Below are positions 1 to 9,243 of a DNA stretch of 64,000 nucleotides, in pieces. The stretch spans positions 64,001-128,000 of the forward strand of contig JAFATB010000023.1 of NCBI GenBank assembly GCA_019244185.1, written 5' to 3'. The DNA is from Acidobacteriota bacterium (GTDB lineage Bacteria; Acidobacteriota; Thermoanaerobaculia; Gp7-AA8). The notes under the pieces are model-generated. The model was not told the DNA's origin. It worked only from the letters and a program-made list of their open reading frames with translations, and searched no databases. Within the stretch, counting starts at the first letter, position 1; every line of letters begins with the position of its first letter. The position numbers and the translations under genes were made by a program.

Positions 1-993
1 GACGCCCGCCATTAGGACGATGCGCGGTGCCGGATCGAGCATCGCGAACTCACTCGGATGCGCGCGGTAATGCGCGGTCGCGCGTTCGACGTAGCCCGCG
101 AGCGCCTCGCGCAGATCGTCGCTCTCGCGCAGAAAGAGCGGGAAGCGCTTCGTGTGCAGCAGGTGATCGGGCGTGGCCGCGCCGATCTGCGTGAGCTGTT
201 CGGCATCGCTGCGCGCGAGGAACGAGAGCGTTTCCGGCGAGTCGTCGAATTCGAGAATGCGTCCGCCGAGCGCGCCGCGGATCGCGGGCGGCAGCTCGCG
301 CGGCGCGGGACGCGCGACGGCCGTCGCACGCGGACGCGCCGACGTGCGCGCGAACTCTTCCGCGCGCGTCACGAGCTCGATGTGGCGGTCGTACGCCGCG
401 CGCGCGTCGTCGCCCCACGTGATGAGGCCGTGGTTCATGAGCACGAGTCCCGCGGCGTCCGGCTGCGCGTCGAAGCGATCGGCGACGTCGCGGCTCAGAC
501 GAAATCCGGGCCGGCGGTACGGCACGAGGATCACCGAGTCGCCGAAGCAGGCGCGCACGGTCTTCTCGCGGCCGCGCGTGTTCGTCAGCGCGAGGATCGC
601 GTCGGCGTGCGTATGCAGCACCGCCTTCGCCGGAAGGAACGCGTGCAGCAGCGTCTCGATCGACGGCCGCGCGCTGGCCGGATCGACGAGACAACGCGCG
701 AGATAGTCGACCATCTCCTGATCGCTCATGTCCTCGACGCGCTGCCGCAGCGGCGCGATGTAGTCGAGGCGCACGCCGGGGAACTGCTTCGGCACGATCG
801 ACTTCATGTCGCTGCCGCTGCTCTTGATGTACATCACGTCGATGGGATTGCCGAGGAGATCGGCGGCGCGCGACTTGATCGAGTTGTTGCCGCCGCCCCA
901 CAGCACGAGGTCTTCCTCCATGCCGACCAGACGCGATTGATAGACGAGACTCTCCAGTTCCGATTGCGGCGCTTCGGCCCAGCGGTTCTGCAT
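1..993 (-). CDS. Bifunctional class II aldolase / short-chain dehydrogenase (rhamnulose-1-phosphate aldolase/alcohol dehydrogenase-like), 3' part outside window
   Basis: Absent from the ORF track because there is no stop in the window. Manual translation from ATG at 993 gives MQNRWAEAPQSELESLVYQSRLVGMEEDLVLWGGGNNSIK...SSGSDM...RPSIETLLHAFLPAKAVLHTHADA, matching the GGGNxSxK and PSIETxLHA..HTH motifs of this family. Confidence 0.85.
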   Translation of the reverse strand, partial: MQNRWAEAPQSELESLVYQSRLVGMEEDLVLWGGGNNSIKSRAADLLGNPIDVMYIKSSGSDMKSIVPKQFPGVRLDYIAPLRQRVEDMSDQEMVDYLARCLVDPASARPSIETLLHAFLPAKAVLHTHADAILALTNTRGREKTVRACFGDSVILVPYRRPGFRLSRDVADRFDAQPDAAGLVLMNHGLITWGDDARAAYDRHIELVTRAEEFARTSARPRATAVARPAPRELPPAIRGALGGRILEFDDSPETLSFLARSDAEQLTQIGAATPDHLLHTKRFPLFLRESDDLREALAGYVERATAHYRAHPSEFAMLDPAPRIVLMAGV

Positions 994-1028
994 GACGCGC
1001 GGATTATGCTCCACGGTATGCTCTCGTC

Positions 1029-2153
1029 ATGACCATCAGTGCACGCGAGCGCGACCGGCTCGTCGAGAACCTCGTCGACGAGTTGAACGGCGCCGCGCTC
1101 TACGACGCGCTGGCCGTGGCGGAGAAAGACGAGCGGCTCGCCGAGGTGTACCGGCGGCTCGCGAATGTCGAGCGGCGCCACGCCGATCGCTGGCGCGCGA
1201 AGCTCGAGGCGGGCGGCGTCTCGCTCCCGCGCTTCAAGCCGTCGTGGCGCACGCGCACGCTCTCGTGGATGGCGCAGCGCTTCGGCACCGGCGCGGTGCT
1301 CCCGTCCGTGCAGAACCTCGAGCGCACCGACACGACCAAGTACGCGTCGCAAGCCGACGCGCGCGACTTCCACGCCGACGAGCGCTCGCACGCGCGCGTC
1401 ATTCAATTGATGTCGTCGATGCGCGGCGGCTTCGCGGGCACGCAGGTCGCGCGCATCGAAGGCCGCCACCGCACCGCCGGAGGCAACGCGCTCCGCGCCG
1501 CGGTTCTCGGCGCGAACGACGGGCTCGTGTCGAATCTCAGTCTGGTCATGGGCGTCGCCGGCGCCGCGCTCAACGAACGCGCGATCCTCATCACCGGCCT
1601 CGCCGGCCTGCTCGCCGGCGCCGGCTCGATGGCCCTCGGCGAATGGCTTTCCGTCCAGAGCTCGCGCGAGCTGTACGCGCATCAGATCGAGACCGAGCAG
1701 GAAGAACTGGAGACGATGCCGCGCGAGGAAGAGGAAGAGCTCGCGCTGATCTATCAGGCGCGCGGCCTCGCCGAGGAGCAGGCGCGCGAGTTCGCGGCGA
1801 GCGTGATGGCCAATCCGGAGACCGCGCTCGATACGCTGGCGCGCGAGGAGCTCGGCATCGATCCCGACGAGCTCGGAGGCTCGGCCTGGGTCGCCGCGTT
1901 CACTTCGTTCTGTCTCTTTTCCCTCGGCGCGATCGTGCCGGTGTTGCCGTTCTTCTTCGCCGGCGATCGCACGGCGGTGTTGCTCAGCGTCGGCTTCAGC
2001 GCGATTGCGCTCTTCACCGTCGGCGCCGCGATCACGCTCTTCACCGGCCGCTCGGTGTTCTTCTCGGGCTCGCGCCAGGTCGCGTTCGGCCTCGCGGCCG
2101 CGGCTCTCACGTTCGGCATCGGACGCCTCGTCGGCGTCTCGATTGGAGGATGA
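1029..2153 (+). CDS. VIT1/CCC1 family iron/manganese transporter with N-terminal rubrerythrin/ferritin-like domain (MbfA-like)
   Basis: N-terminal E..Y..LA..E.RH and DERSH motifs; C-terminal LRAAVLGANDGLVS, AGAGSMALGEWLSV and REELG VIT1 motifs. Confidence 0.9.
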   Translation: MTISARERDRLVENLVDELNGAALYDALAVAEKDERLAEVYRRLANVERRHADRWRAKLEAGGVSLPRFKPSWRTRTLSWMAQRFGTGAVLPSVQNLERTDTTKYASQADARDFHADERSHARVIQLMSSMRGGFAGTQVARIEGRHRTAGGNALRAAVLGANDGLVSNLSLVMGVAGAALNERAILITGLAGLLAGAGSMALGEWLSVQSSRELYAHQIETEQEELETMPREEEEELALIYQARGLAEEQAREFAASVMANPETALDTLAREELGIDPDELGGSAWVAAFTSFCLFSLGAIVPVLPFFFAGDRTAVLLSVGFSAIALFTVGAAITLFTGRSVFFSGSRQVAFGLAAAALTFGIGRLVGVSIGG

Positions 2154-2602
2154 CCATGCAGACGCTTTTCGACGAGGCCACGCGTTCCACGGTGCTCGCG
2201 CGCATCGACCGCATGCAGAGCGGCACCGCCGCGCGGTGGGGAAAGATGAACGCCGAGCAGATGCTCGCGCATCTCGTTCAGTCGCTGCAGATGAGCAGCG
2301 GCGAGCTGCCGACGAAGTCGAAGCGGCTGCCCATCCGCTTCTTTCCGCTCAAGCAGCTCATCGTCTATCTGCTGCCGTTCCCGAAAGGCGCGCCGACCGC
2401 GCGCGAGCTCATCCCCGGCGCGAACCCCGGCACGGTGGAGGAGAACAAGCGGAAGCTGGCGCAGAAGATCACCGCGTTCGGCGCTCTCGCGAACGCCACG
2501 TCGTGGCCGGAGCATCCGGCGTTCGGCCGGCTGTCGGCGCGCGCCTGGGGCGTGCTCACGTACCGCCACGTCGATCACCATCTGAGGCAATTCGGCGTCT
2601 GA
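2150..2602 (+). CDS. DUF1569 / DinB-like family protein
   Basis: WGKMNAEQMLAH, HPAFG and HVDHHLRQFGV motifs; ATGA overlap with the upstream stop. Alternative start 2156. Confidence 0.85.
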   Translation: MTMQTLFDEATRSTVLARIDRMQSGTAARWGKMNAEQMLAHLVQSLQMSSGELPTKSKRLPIRFFPLKQLIVYLLPFPKGAPTARELIPGANPGTVEENKRKLAQKITAFGALANATSWPEHPAFGRLSARAWGVLTYRHVDHHLRQFGV

Positions 2603-2604
2603 CG

Positions 2605-2650
2605 TTGACAGCGGCGACGTTCCGGCCTACTGTATTAGTCAACTAATACA
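2605..2650 (+). promoter_or_regulatory. Sigma70-type promoter overlapped by a palindromic operator (GntR/YtrA-like)
   Basis: TTGACA (2605-2610), 17-nt spacer, TACTGT (2628-2633); palindrome TGTATTAGT-CA-ACTAATACA at 2631-2650. Confidence 0.75.
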
Positions 2651-2665
2651 GTGAAGGAGAACATC

Positions 2666-3112
2666 ATGCTTCGACGTCTCACCGTTTCCCTCGCCGCCCT
2701 CGCTCTCATCCTTGTCTCGCTTCCGCTCGCCGCCGACTCCGGCTCCTGTCATCGCAAGCTGGTCGACCACACCGGCTTCTGCCTCTTCACGCTCAGCGAC
2801 ATGCGCTCGGTGCAGATGGCGGTGGACGCGTATTGGGCCGACCACAACGCGTATCCCGTCGCCGCCACGATGGCCGAGCTGCAGCACGCGCTCGAGCCGG
2901 TGTACATCGCCCACCTGCCGGCCAAAGACTTCTGGGGCACGGAGTTCCGCTACGTCGTGGCGCGGGACGGTAAGAGCTATCGCCTCGTGAGCGCCGGCTC
3001 GGATCGCAAGTTCGACGAGAGCTCGTGGAGCGCGTACGGTCTCACCAGCGCCTCATCCGACGACGCGGTGCTGGCCAGCGATCACGAGCGGCAGTGGACG
3101 ATCCAGGAATGA
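2666..3112 (+). CDS. Exported protein with type II secretion GspG-like C-terminal domain
   Basis: AAGGAG RBS, Sec-type signal peptide, KDFWGTEFRY...YRLVSAGSDRKF resembling the GspG DPWG..Y.Y...SAGPDG motif. Confidence 0.65.
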   Translation: MLRRLTVSLAALALILVSLPLAADSGSCHRKLVDHTGFCLFTLSDMRSVQMAVDAYWADHNAYPVAATMAELQHALEPVYIAHLPAKDFWGTEFRYVVARDGKSYRLVSAGSDRKFDESSWSAYGLTSASSDDAVLASDHERQWTIQE

Positions 3113-3165
3113 CGCGCGCGTGACTTCGGCACAGGCGGCGCGTCTGAAGCCTCGAAGGAGACTCG

Positions 3166-3897
3166 ATGCGCCGCCTGTCCGTGCTGTTGGTTCTCGCTCT
3201 GCCGCTGCACGCCGACGTCGTTGCCGACGTCCGCACCGCGCTCACCCGCCTCACCGCGCGCGATCCGATCCACGCGACCTACGAAGTGCAGCGCGCCGTG
3301 AAGAACGAAGGGAAGTTCGACAACGACTCGTTCGACGGCCGCGCCGCCGTCGAGCTCGAAGGCGACGCAAGCGGCTTCCGTGTCATTGTGCCGCGCGCGC
3401 TGGTCGACGTGATGGAGCGCGAGCTCCAGTCGCACGCGCACAATCCCAAACAGCCGACGCCCACCGTGAACGCAATGCGCGACTTCGGTCCGGTCGACAC
3501 CGCCGACGCGATCGACTTCGCGCCGACGCTGCTGCAACTCCTCGACGGCGCGACGCTCGCGTCGGACAAGACGTCGGCGTGGCAGGGCAAGCCCGCGCGC
3601 GCGATCACGTTCCGCCTCGCCGACCGCCGCGAGTCCGACGTCGGCAAGGAGACGATCGCCGAGAACCGCCTTACGCTCTGGGTCGGCACCGATCTCATCC
3701 CCCTCGGCGCCGAGCACGTCCGCTCCTCGAAGTTCTCCTTCCTCATCTTCCACGGCGAAGCCACCACCCGCCGCCTCTGGACCCTCGCCCGCCTCGGCGA
3801 CCGCCTCGTGCGCGTGCGCCGCGAAAGCTCCGAGAGCGGCTCCGGCATGGGCCAGAAGAGCAACGAGCAGTCGGTGGCGGTGGTGAGGGTGCACTAG
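3166..3897 (+). CDS. Hypothetical exported protein
   Basis: AAGGAG RBS, signal peptide MRRLSVLLVLALPLHA, host-like codon usage. Confidence 0.75.
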   Translation: MRRLSVLLVLALPLHADVVADVRTALTRLTARDPIHATYEVQRAVKNEGKFDNDSFDGRAAVELEGDASGFRVIVPRALVDVMERELQSHAHNPKQPTPTVNAMRDFGPVDTADAIDFAPTLLQLLDGATLASDKTSAWQGKPARAITFRLADRRESDVGKETIAENRLTLWVGTDLIPLGAEHVRSSKFSFLIFHGEATTRRLWTLARLGDRLVRVRRESSESGSGMGQKSNEQSVAVVRVH

Positions 3898-3959
3898 CGT
3901 CGCTCGCCCCGCGATGCAGCTGCCGGAATGGGAGCGGTATCATCTTTGTCGACACGTCC

Positions 3960-4202
3960 ATGAAAGCGCGCATTCAGAAGTGGGGCGATAGTCTCGCGCT
4001 ACGTATCCCGAAGCCATTCGCGGAGGAAGCGGGACTTGGCGAAGACTCCACCGTGGACGTGACGGTCCGCAACGGCAATTTAGTGGTGGTCGCCGTCGAG
4101 GAACCGCACGAAACGCTCGAGACGCTCGTGGCGCGGATCACGCCTGAGAACCGTCACGACGAAACGGACATGGGAAAACCGGTTGGCAACGAAAGCTGGT
4201 AG
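3960..4202 (+). CDS. mazE: AbrB/MazE/SpoVT family antitoxin
   Basis: MKARIQKWGDSLALRIPK...LETLVARITPENRHDETDMGKPVGNESW, a classic MazE pattern. Confidence 0.93.
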   Translation: MKARIQKWGDSLALRIPKPFAEEAGLGEDSTVDVTVRNGNLVVVAVEEPHETLETLVARITPENRHDETDMGKPVGNESW

Positions 4203-4533
4203 CGGCTACGTTCCCGAGCGCGGGGATCTCATCTGGCTGTCGTTCGATCCACAGGCTGGGCATGAGCAGGCCGGACGCCGGCCGGCCGTGGTGCTGTCGC
4301 CCGCTTCCTACAACCGCAGCTCCGGCTTGGCGTTGGTCGTCCCCGTCACGTCGCACATCAAGAGCTATCCATTCGAAGTGCTCATTCCTGCCGGCGGGCA
4401 CGTCTCGGGCGTCGTTCTCGCGGACCATCTGAAGAGCGTTGATTGGCGGGCTCGCAAGGCCGAACGCATCGCAGCGTTACCAGAAGTCACTTTGAATCAG
4501 GTACTGAAGAAGGCCGCGTTGCTTTTGACGTGA
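4183..4533 (+). CDS. mazF: MazF/PemK endoribonuclease toxin
   Basis: YVPERGDLIWLSFDPQAGHEQAGRRPAVVLSP..YN motif; overlaps the mazE 3' end; TTG start. Confidence 0.95.
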   Translation: MATKAGSGYVPERGDLIWLSFDPQAGHEQAGRRPAVVLSPASYNRSSGLALVVPVTSHIKSYPFEVLIPAGGHVSGVVLADHLKSVDWRARKAERIAALPEVTLNQVLKKAALLLT

Positions 4534-4678
4534 CCGCTCGCCCACGCGATGCAGCTGCCGCTACGCGCAGCTGATCGCCATGTCCGTCGCGATCAGCCGC
4601 GCGCAGCGCCGGCTGCCTCGCGGCGAGCGACCGCGGCGGCGACGCCGTCCGCGCGTCGCGTACACTGGAAGCATCGGC

Positions 4679-7282
4679 ATGCGCTTTGGCCCATACGAAG
4701 TCGTCGACCGCCTCGCGGAAGGCGGTATGGGTGAGGTGTACAAAGCGCGCGACACGCGGCTCGACCGCACCGTCGCACTGAAAGTCCTCCCGCAACATCT
4801 CTCCAGCGATCCCGAACTGCGCCGGCGTTTCGAGCGCGAGGCGCGCGCGATCTCCGCGCTCTCGCACCCGCACATCTGCACGCTCTTCGACATCGGCAGC
4901 GACGGCGGGCAGGACTTCCTGGTGATGGAGTATCTCGACGGCGAGACGCTCGCCGAGCGCGTCACGCACGGCCCGCTGCCGATCGCCGACGTCATCCGCT
5001 ACGGCATCGAGATCGCCGACGCGCTCGAAAAAGCGCATCGCGCCGGCATCGTTCACCGCGACCTCAAGCCGGGCAACATCGTCCTCACGCGCAGCGGCGC
5101 GAAGCTCCTCGACTTCGGCCTCGCGAAATGGCTTCCGCCGGATGCGTCGTCGGTGCTCGGCCGTTCCGAGGACGTCACGAAGACCGCGCCGCTGACCTCG
5201 CAGGGCACGCTCCTCGGCACCATTCCGTACATGGCGCCCGAACAGCTGGAGGCGAAAGAAGTCGATGCGCGTACAGACATCTTCGCCTTCGGCGCGATCC
5301 TCTACGAGATGGCCACGGGCGTGCGCGCGTTCAGCGCCGGCTCGAACGCGAGTCTCATCGCCGCGATCCTGCGCGAGGAGCCGCCGCTGCCGTCGCGATT
5401 GCGCGCGCTCGCGCCGCGCGCGTTCGATCAGATCGTCCGCACGTGTCTGGCGAAGAATCCGGACGATCGCTTCCAGTCCGTGCACGACGTGCGCATCGCG
5501 CTGGAGATGCTCGGCGCGAGCGGCGACGACGCGGACGCGGAAGAAGAACGCGCGCGCAGGCCGTGGCTCGTCCCCGCGATCGCCGCCGCCGTGGCCATCG
5601 TGGCGATGATCGCCGCCGCGGCGTTCTGGCTGCGTCCCGCCGCAACGGCGCGCGTCTACCGCTTCACGATCGCGCCGCCGCAGGGCTCGACCTTTCCGAC
5701 GCTCGGCGAAGGCGGCGCGCTCGCGCTCGCGCCGGACGGGCGGCAGCTCGTCTTCGAGGCCACGACGCCGGAAGGGCGCACGTATCTCTGGCTGCGGTCG
5801 TTCGAATCCGAGGTGCCAGAGATGCTGGAGGGGACGGAAGGGGGCGAGTATCCGTTCTGGTCGCCGGACGGACGCGCCATCGCCTTCTTCGCGGACGGAA
5901 AGCTGAAGCGCATGAATCTCCCCGACGGTCCGCCGCAGACGTTGTGCGACGCGCCGACGGGACGCGGCGGCTCGTGGTCGCGCGGCGGCACGATCCTCTT
6001 CGCGCCGGCGAGCACCGGACCGCTGTATCGGGTCTCCGCGTCGGGTGGACAGCCGGAAGTCGCGACCGCGGCGCCGCGAGGCGTGTACTCGGAGCGCTGG
6101 CCGCAGTTCATCGACGACGACCGCTTCCTCTTCGTCGTGCAGAGCCAGCGTCCCGCGCTGCGCGGCGTCTTTGCCGGCTCGCTGAAATCGCGGGGGATGA
6201 AGAAGCTGCTGCCGACCCCGCTCAGCGTCGCGTACGCGCCGGGGCGCCTCTGCTACGTGCGCGATCATGTGCTCGTCGAGCAGCGCTTCGACGGCGACGA
6301 GCTCGCGGGCGACGCGCGCGTCATCGCCGACGCGATGGTCTACTACGCCGATCGCGCGTACGTGCCCGTCACCGCGTCGGCGGATGTGGTGGCCTTCCGC
6401 CGCAACGCCGCCGCCAACATGCGCGTGGCCTGGTTCGCGCGCGACGGCCGCCGCCTCGGCGCGATCGGCGAGCTCGGCGAATTCGAGGGTCCCGCGCTCT
6501 CGCCCGACGGCACGCGCGTCGCGTTCGGGTACTTTGATACCAATGAATCGCTGAACCACATCGCGCTGGCCACGCTCAGCGGCGGCGTCCCGCGCCGCTT
6601 CACCTTCGCGCACGGCAACCAGTACTCGCCGGTCTGGTCGCCCGACGGCGCGCGGCTGGCGTTCAGCGACGACGAGGCCGGCGTCGACACGCTTTCGTCG
6701 AAACCGTTCGCCGGCACGAGCAACGAGCGCCCGCTCATTCCGCCGCCGCCGAGCTCCACGTACGCGCAGAGCTGGTCGCCCGACGGCGCGCACATTCTCT
6801 ATCGCGTGCAGGACGCGAAGAACGGCTTCGACATCCGCGCGCTGTCGCTTCTCGACGGCAAATCGGAGCTGTACGTGAGCGGTCCCGCCGATCAGTCGCA
6901 GGGACAGTTCTCGCCCGACGGCCGCTGGGTCGCGTACACGTCGACCGAGTCGGGACGCCACGAGGTCTACGTGCAGCCGTTCCCCGCAACGGGCGCGAAG
7001 TGGCAGGTGTCGGTGAGCGGCGGCGAGCAGCCGCGCTGGCGCCGCGACGGCAAGGAGCTCTTCTACCTCGCGCCCGACCGCTCGCTGATGGCGTTGCCGA
7101 TCGCGGCGATGGGCGCGTTCGACGACGCCGCGCCGCAACGCCTCTTCGCGACGAACATCCCGTTCGGCGACATCAACGTCTCGCAGTCGTACGACGTCAG
7201 CGCGGACGGCGAACGCTTCGTCGTCGCGGCCGCGGATCCACTGTCGCCGCAGACGCCGATCAGCGTCATTGCAGGACGTTAG
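4679..7282 (+). CDS. Ser/Thr protein kinase with TM helix and TolB/PD40-like beta-propeller
   Basis: GGMGEVY, VALK, HRDLKPGN, DFG and GTIPYMAPE kinase motifs; repeated WSPDG/FSPDG blades. Confidence 0.93.
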   Translation: MRFGPYEVVDRLAEGGMGEVYKARDTRLDRTVALKVLPQHLSSDPELRRRFEREARAISALSHPHICTLFDIGSDGGQDFLVMEYLDGETLAERVTHGPLPIADVIRYGIEIADALEKAHRAGIVHRDLKPGNIVLTRSGAKLLDFGLAKWLPPDASSVLGRSEDVTKTAPLTSQGTLLGTIPYMAPEQLEAKEVDARTDIFAFGAILYEMATGVRAFSAGSNASLIAAILREEPPLPSRLRALAPRAFDQIVRTCLAKNPDDRFQSVHDVRIALEMLGASGDDADAEEERARRPWLVPAIAAAVAIVAMIAAAAFWLRPAATARVYRFTIAPPQGSTFPTLGEGGALALAPDGRQLVFEATTPEGRTYLWLRSFESEVPEMLEGTEGGEYPFWSPDGRAIAFFADGKLKRMNLPDGPPQTLCDAPTGRGGSWSRGGTILFAPASTGPLYRVSASGGQPEVATAAPRGVYSERWPQFIDDDRFLFVVQSQRPALRGVFAGSLKSRGMKKLLPTPLSVAYAPGRLCYVRDHVLVEQRFDGDELAGDARVIADAMVYYADRAYVPVTASADVVAFRRNAAANMRVAWFARDGRRLGAIGELGEFEGPALSPDGTRVAFGYFDTNESLNHIALATLSGGVPRRFTFAHGNQYSPVWSPDGARLAFSDDEAGVDTLSSKPFAGTSNERPLIPPPPSSTYAQSWSPDGAHILYRVQDAKNGFDIRALSLLDGKSELYVSGPADQSQGQFSPDGRWVAYTSTESGRHEVYVQPFPATGAKWQVSVSGGEQPRWRRDGKELFYLAPDRSLMALPIAAMGAFDDAAPQRLFATNIPFGDINVSQSYDVSADGERFVVAAADPLSPQTPISVIAGR

Positions 7283-7430
7283 TGAAGCGCGGCACGTGCG
7301 GCAAAAGGCTCAAGAATTAATGCCGTGCAGGGTCAATTCCTGAAACACGGCACAATCGCTAACCCACTGTAAATCCTGAAACCGCCTTGTAACTCGCGCG
7401 TTTTGTACGACATGGTATTTTCCCGCCGCG

Positions 7431-7446
7431 TGGCAATCGCATTGCT
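7431..7446 (+). promoter_or_regulatory. Sigma54 (-24/-12) promoter
   Basis: TGGCAATCGCATTGCT fits TGGCA-N6-TTGCW; upstream direct repeats TCCTGAAAC at 7338-7346 and 7374-7382. Confidence 0.7.
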
Positions 7447-7460
7447 CCGCGCAGTCTGTA

Positions 7461-8036
7461 ATGAATGATGCACTTCGCGACGCCGCACGCGTCATCGTGA
7501 CCGCCGACATCGCGTTGGGACCCGGTGAGGTCTTCTCCGTCGCCATCGACGACATGGCCGCATCGCTCCCCGAAGAAGAGTGCTTCCGCTTCGCCCTCCA
7601 CTATTACGCGCGCGTGCTGTACGAGCTCGCACAATCGCAGCGGTCGATGCATCGCCTCCCCGAATGGACGGCGCGCGTCGCGCAGACGGCCGTCGACCGC
7701 GACACCGATTGCTTCGCCATCGCCGGCACCGGCGGCACGCTCGTCCAGTCGATCGAGCGTCCGCTCGCGCGCGTGCACGTCGCGATGCGCACCAGCGGTC
7801 TGCGCGACCGCGAGGTCACCGGCGATCTCGCGCCGCTGCGCGGCTCCTCGCTCGCGCGCTCGGTGCTCGCGGTCTGTCAGGCCGTCCTGCCGCGCCTTTC
7901 GGACTCCGTCCGCGCCGCGCTGCCGTCCGCGCTCGCGAACATGAACGCCTCCTACGAGCTCGCGCATCACTACGCCGACCCCGACAGCCAGCGCCACGTG
8001 CCGTCGGTCGCGTATCTCGCGGCATCGTTTGTCTGA
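7461..8036 (+). CDS. Hypothetical protein
   Basis: 191-aa ORF with host-like codon usage filling the gap after a sigma54 promoter; no recognised motif. Confidence 0.7.
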   Translation: MNDALRDAARVIVTADIALGPGEVFSVAIDDMAASLPEEECFRFALHYYARVLYELAQSQRSMHRLPEWTARVAQTAVDRDTDCFAIAGTGGTLVQSIERPLARVHVAMRTSGLRDREVTGDLAPLRGSSLARSVLAVCQAVLPRLSDSVRAALPSALANMNASYELAHHYADPDSQRHVPSVAYLAASFV

Positions 8037-9243
8037 CATCCGCCTGCTCTTCGCCGCGCGCATCGTGCGGCTCTTCGCCTACGGCTTCCTCTCCGTCGTC
8101 CTCGTGCTCTATCTCTCCGCGGCCGGTCTCGACAAAGAGCACATCGGCCTGCTGCTGTCGCTGACGCTCGTCGGCGACGTGCTGATGTCGCTTTACCTGA
8201 CGACGCGCGCGGACGTCTTCGGACGCCGCCGCACGCTCGTCGCCGGCGCGGCGCTGATGTTCCTCGCCGCGGTGGCCTTCGCCGTGACGCGCGACTTCAC
8301 GCTGATGCTCCTCGCCGCGACGATCGGCGTGATCAGCCCGAGCGGCAACGAGGTCGGCCCGTTCCTCGCCGTCGAACAGGTCGCGCTCGCGCAGCTCGCC
8401 GGCGCGCGCGACCGCACCAGCCTCTTCGCCTGGTACAACCTGAGCGGCTCGTTCGCCACCGCGTGCGGCGCGCTCGCCGCCGGCGCGTTTACGACGCGTC
8501 TCATGCGCGGCGGCTTCACCGCGGTCGCGAGCTACCGCGTCGTCATCGCCGGCTACGCGCTCCTCGGCATCGTGATGGCGCTGCTGTTTCTCCGCGTCTC
8601 GCGCGCCGTCGAAAACCCGAACGACGCGGCGAGCGGCGCGCCGCCGGCCGCGAAGTCGCTGTTCCGCATCAGCGCGTCACGCGACGTCGTCACGCGGCTC
8701 TCGATCCTCTTCGCCGTCGACTCGTTCGCCGGCGGTCTCGTCGTGCAGAGCATCGTCGCCTACTGGTTCTTCCATCACTTCCGTGCCAGCCCCGCGCTCA
8801 TCGGCTCGATCTTCTTCGGCGCGAACATCCTGGCCGGCATCTCCGCGCTCGCCGCCGCGCGCATCGCGCGCCGCATCGGTCTGCTGAAGACGATGGTCTT
8901 CACGCACCTGCCGTCGAACGTCCTGCTGCTGCTCGTGCCGTTCATGCCCACGCTGCCGCTCGCGATCGCGGTGCTCCTGCTGCGCTTCTCGATCTCGCAG
9001 ATGGACGTGCCGACGCGGCAGTCGTACGTCATCGCGGTCGTCGATCCATCCGAGCGAACGGCGGCCGCGGGAATCACCGGCGTCGCGCGCACGACCGGTG
9101 CCGCGCTCGCGCCGGTCATCGCCATGCCGCTCATCGCCGGCATGCGCAGCTGGATTCCGTTCGTCGCCGCGGGCGTGCTGAAGATCGGCTACGACCTCGT
9201 GCTGCTCCACGGCGCGCGCCGTCACACGATGCCGGACGACTGA
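8029..9243 (+). CDS. MFS transporter
   Basis: About 12 hydrophobic segments, ADVFGRRRTL MFS motif A, SQMDVPTRQSY. Confidence 0.9.
   Translation: MSDIRLLFAARIVRLFAYGFLSVVLVLYLSAAGLDKEHIGLLLSLTLVGDVLMSLYLTTRADVFGRRRTLVAGAALMFLAAVAFAVTRDFTLMLLAATIGVISPSGNEVGPFLAVEQVALAQLAGARDRTSLFAWYNLSGSFATACGALAAGAFTTRLMRGGFTAVASYRVVIAGYALLGIVMALLFLRVSRAVENPNDAASGAPPAAKSLFRISASRDVVTRLSILFAVDSFAGGLVVQSIVAYWFFHHFRASPALIGSIFFGANILAGISALAAARIARRIGLLKTMVFTHLPSNVLLLLVPFMPTLPLAIAVLLLRFSISQMDVPTRQSYVIAVVDPSERTAAAGITGVARTTGAALAPVIAMPLIAGMRSWIPFVAAGVLKIGYDLVLLHGARRHTMPDD

Larger units (their letters stand above)
3901..4560. repeat. 25-bp direct repeat pair flanking mazEF (3901-3925 and 4535-4560)
   Basis: CGCTCGCCC-CGCGATGCAGCTGCCG versus CGCTCGCCCACGCGATGCAGCTGCCG; identical apart from a 1-nt indel. 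Confidence 0.85.

Noticed and set aside
1029-2153. Rubrerythrin-VIT1 fusion as a novelty
   Set aside because: This is an established architecture (MbfA-like iron exporters).
992-2602. 536-aa ORF suggesting a long fusion ending in the DUF1569 domain
   Set aside because: The upstream part overlaps the VIT1 gene in another frame; the real start is at 2150 or 2156 with a GGAGG RBS.
4679-7282. Kinase-TolB-like propeller fusion as a novelty
   Set aside because: A common, expanded architecture in Acidobacteria-like genomes.
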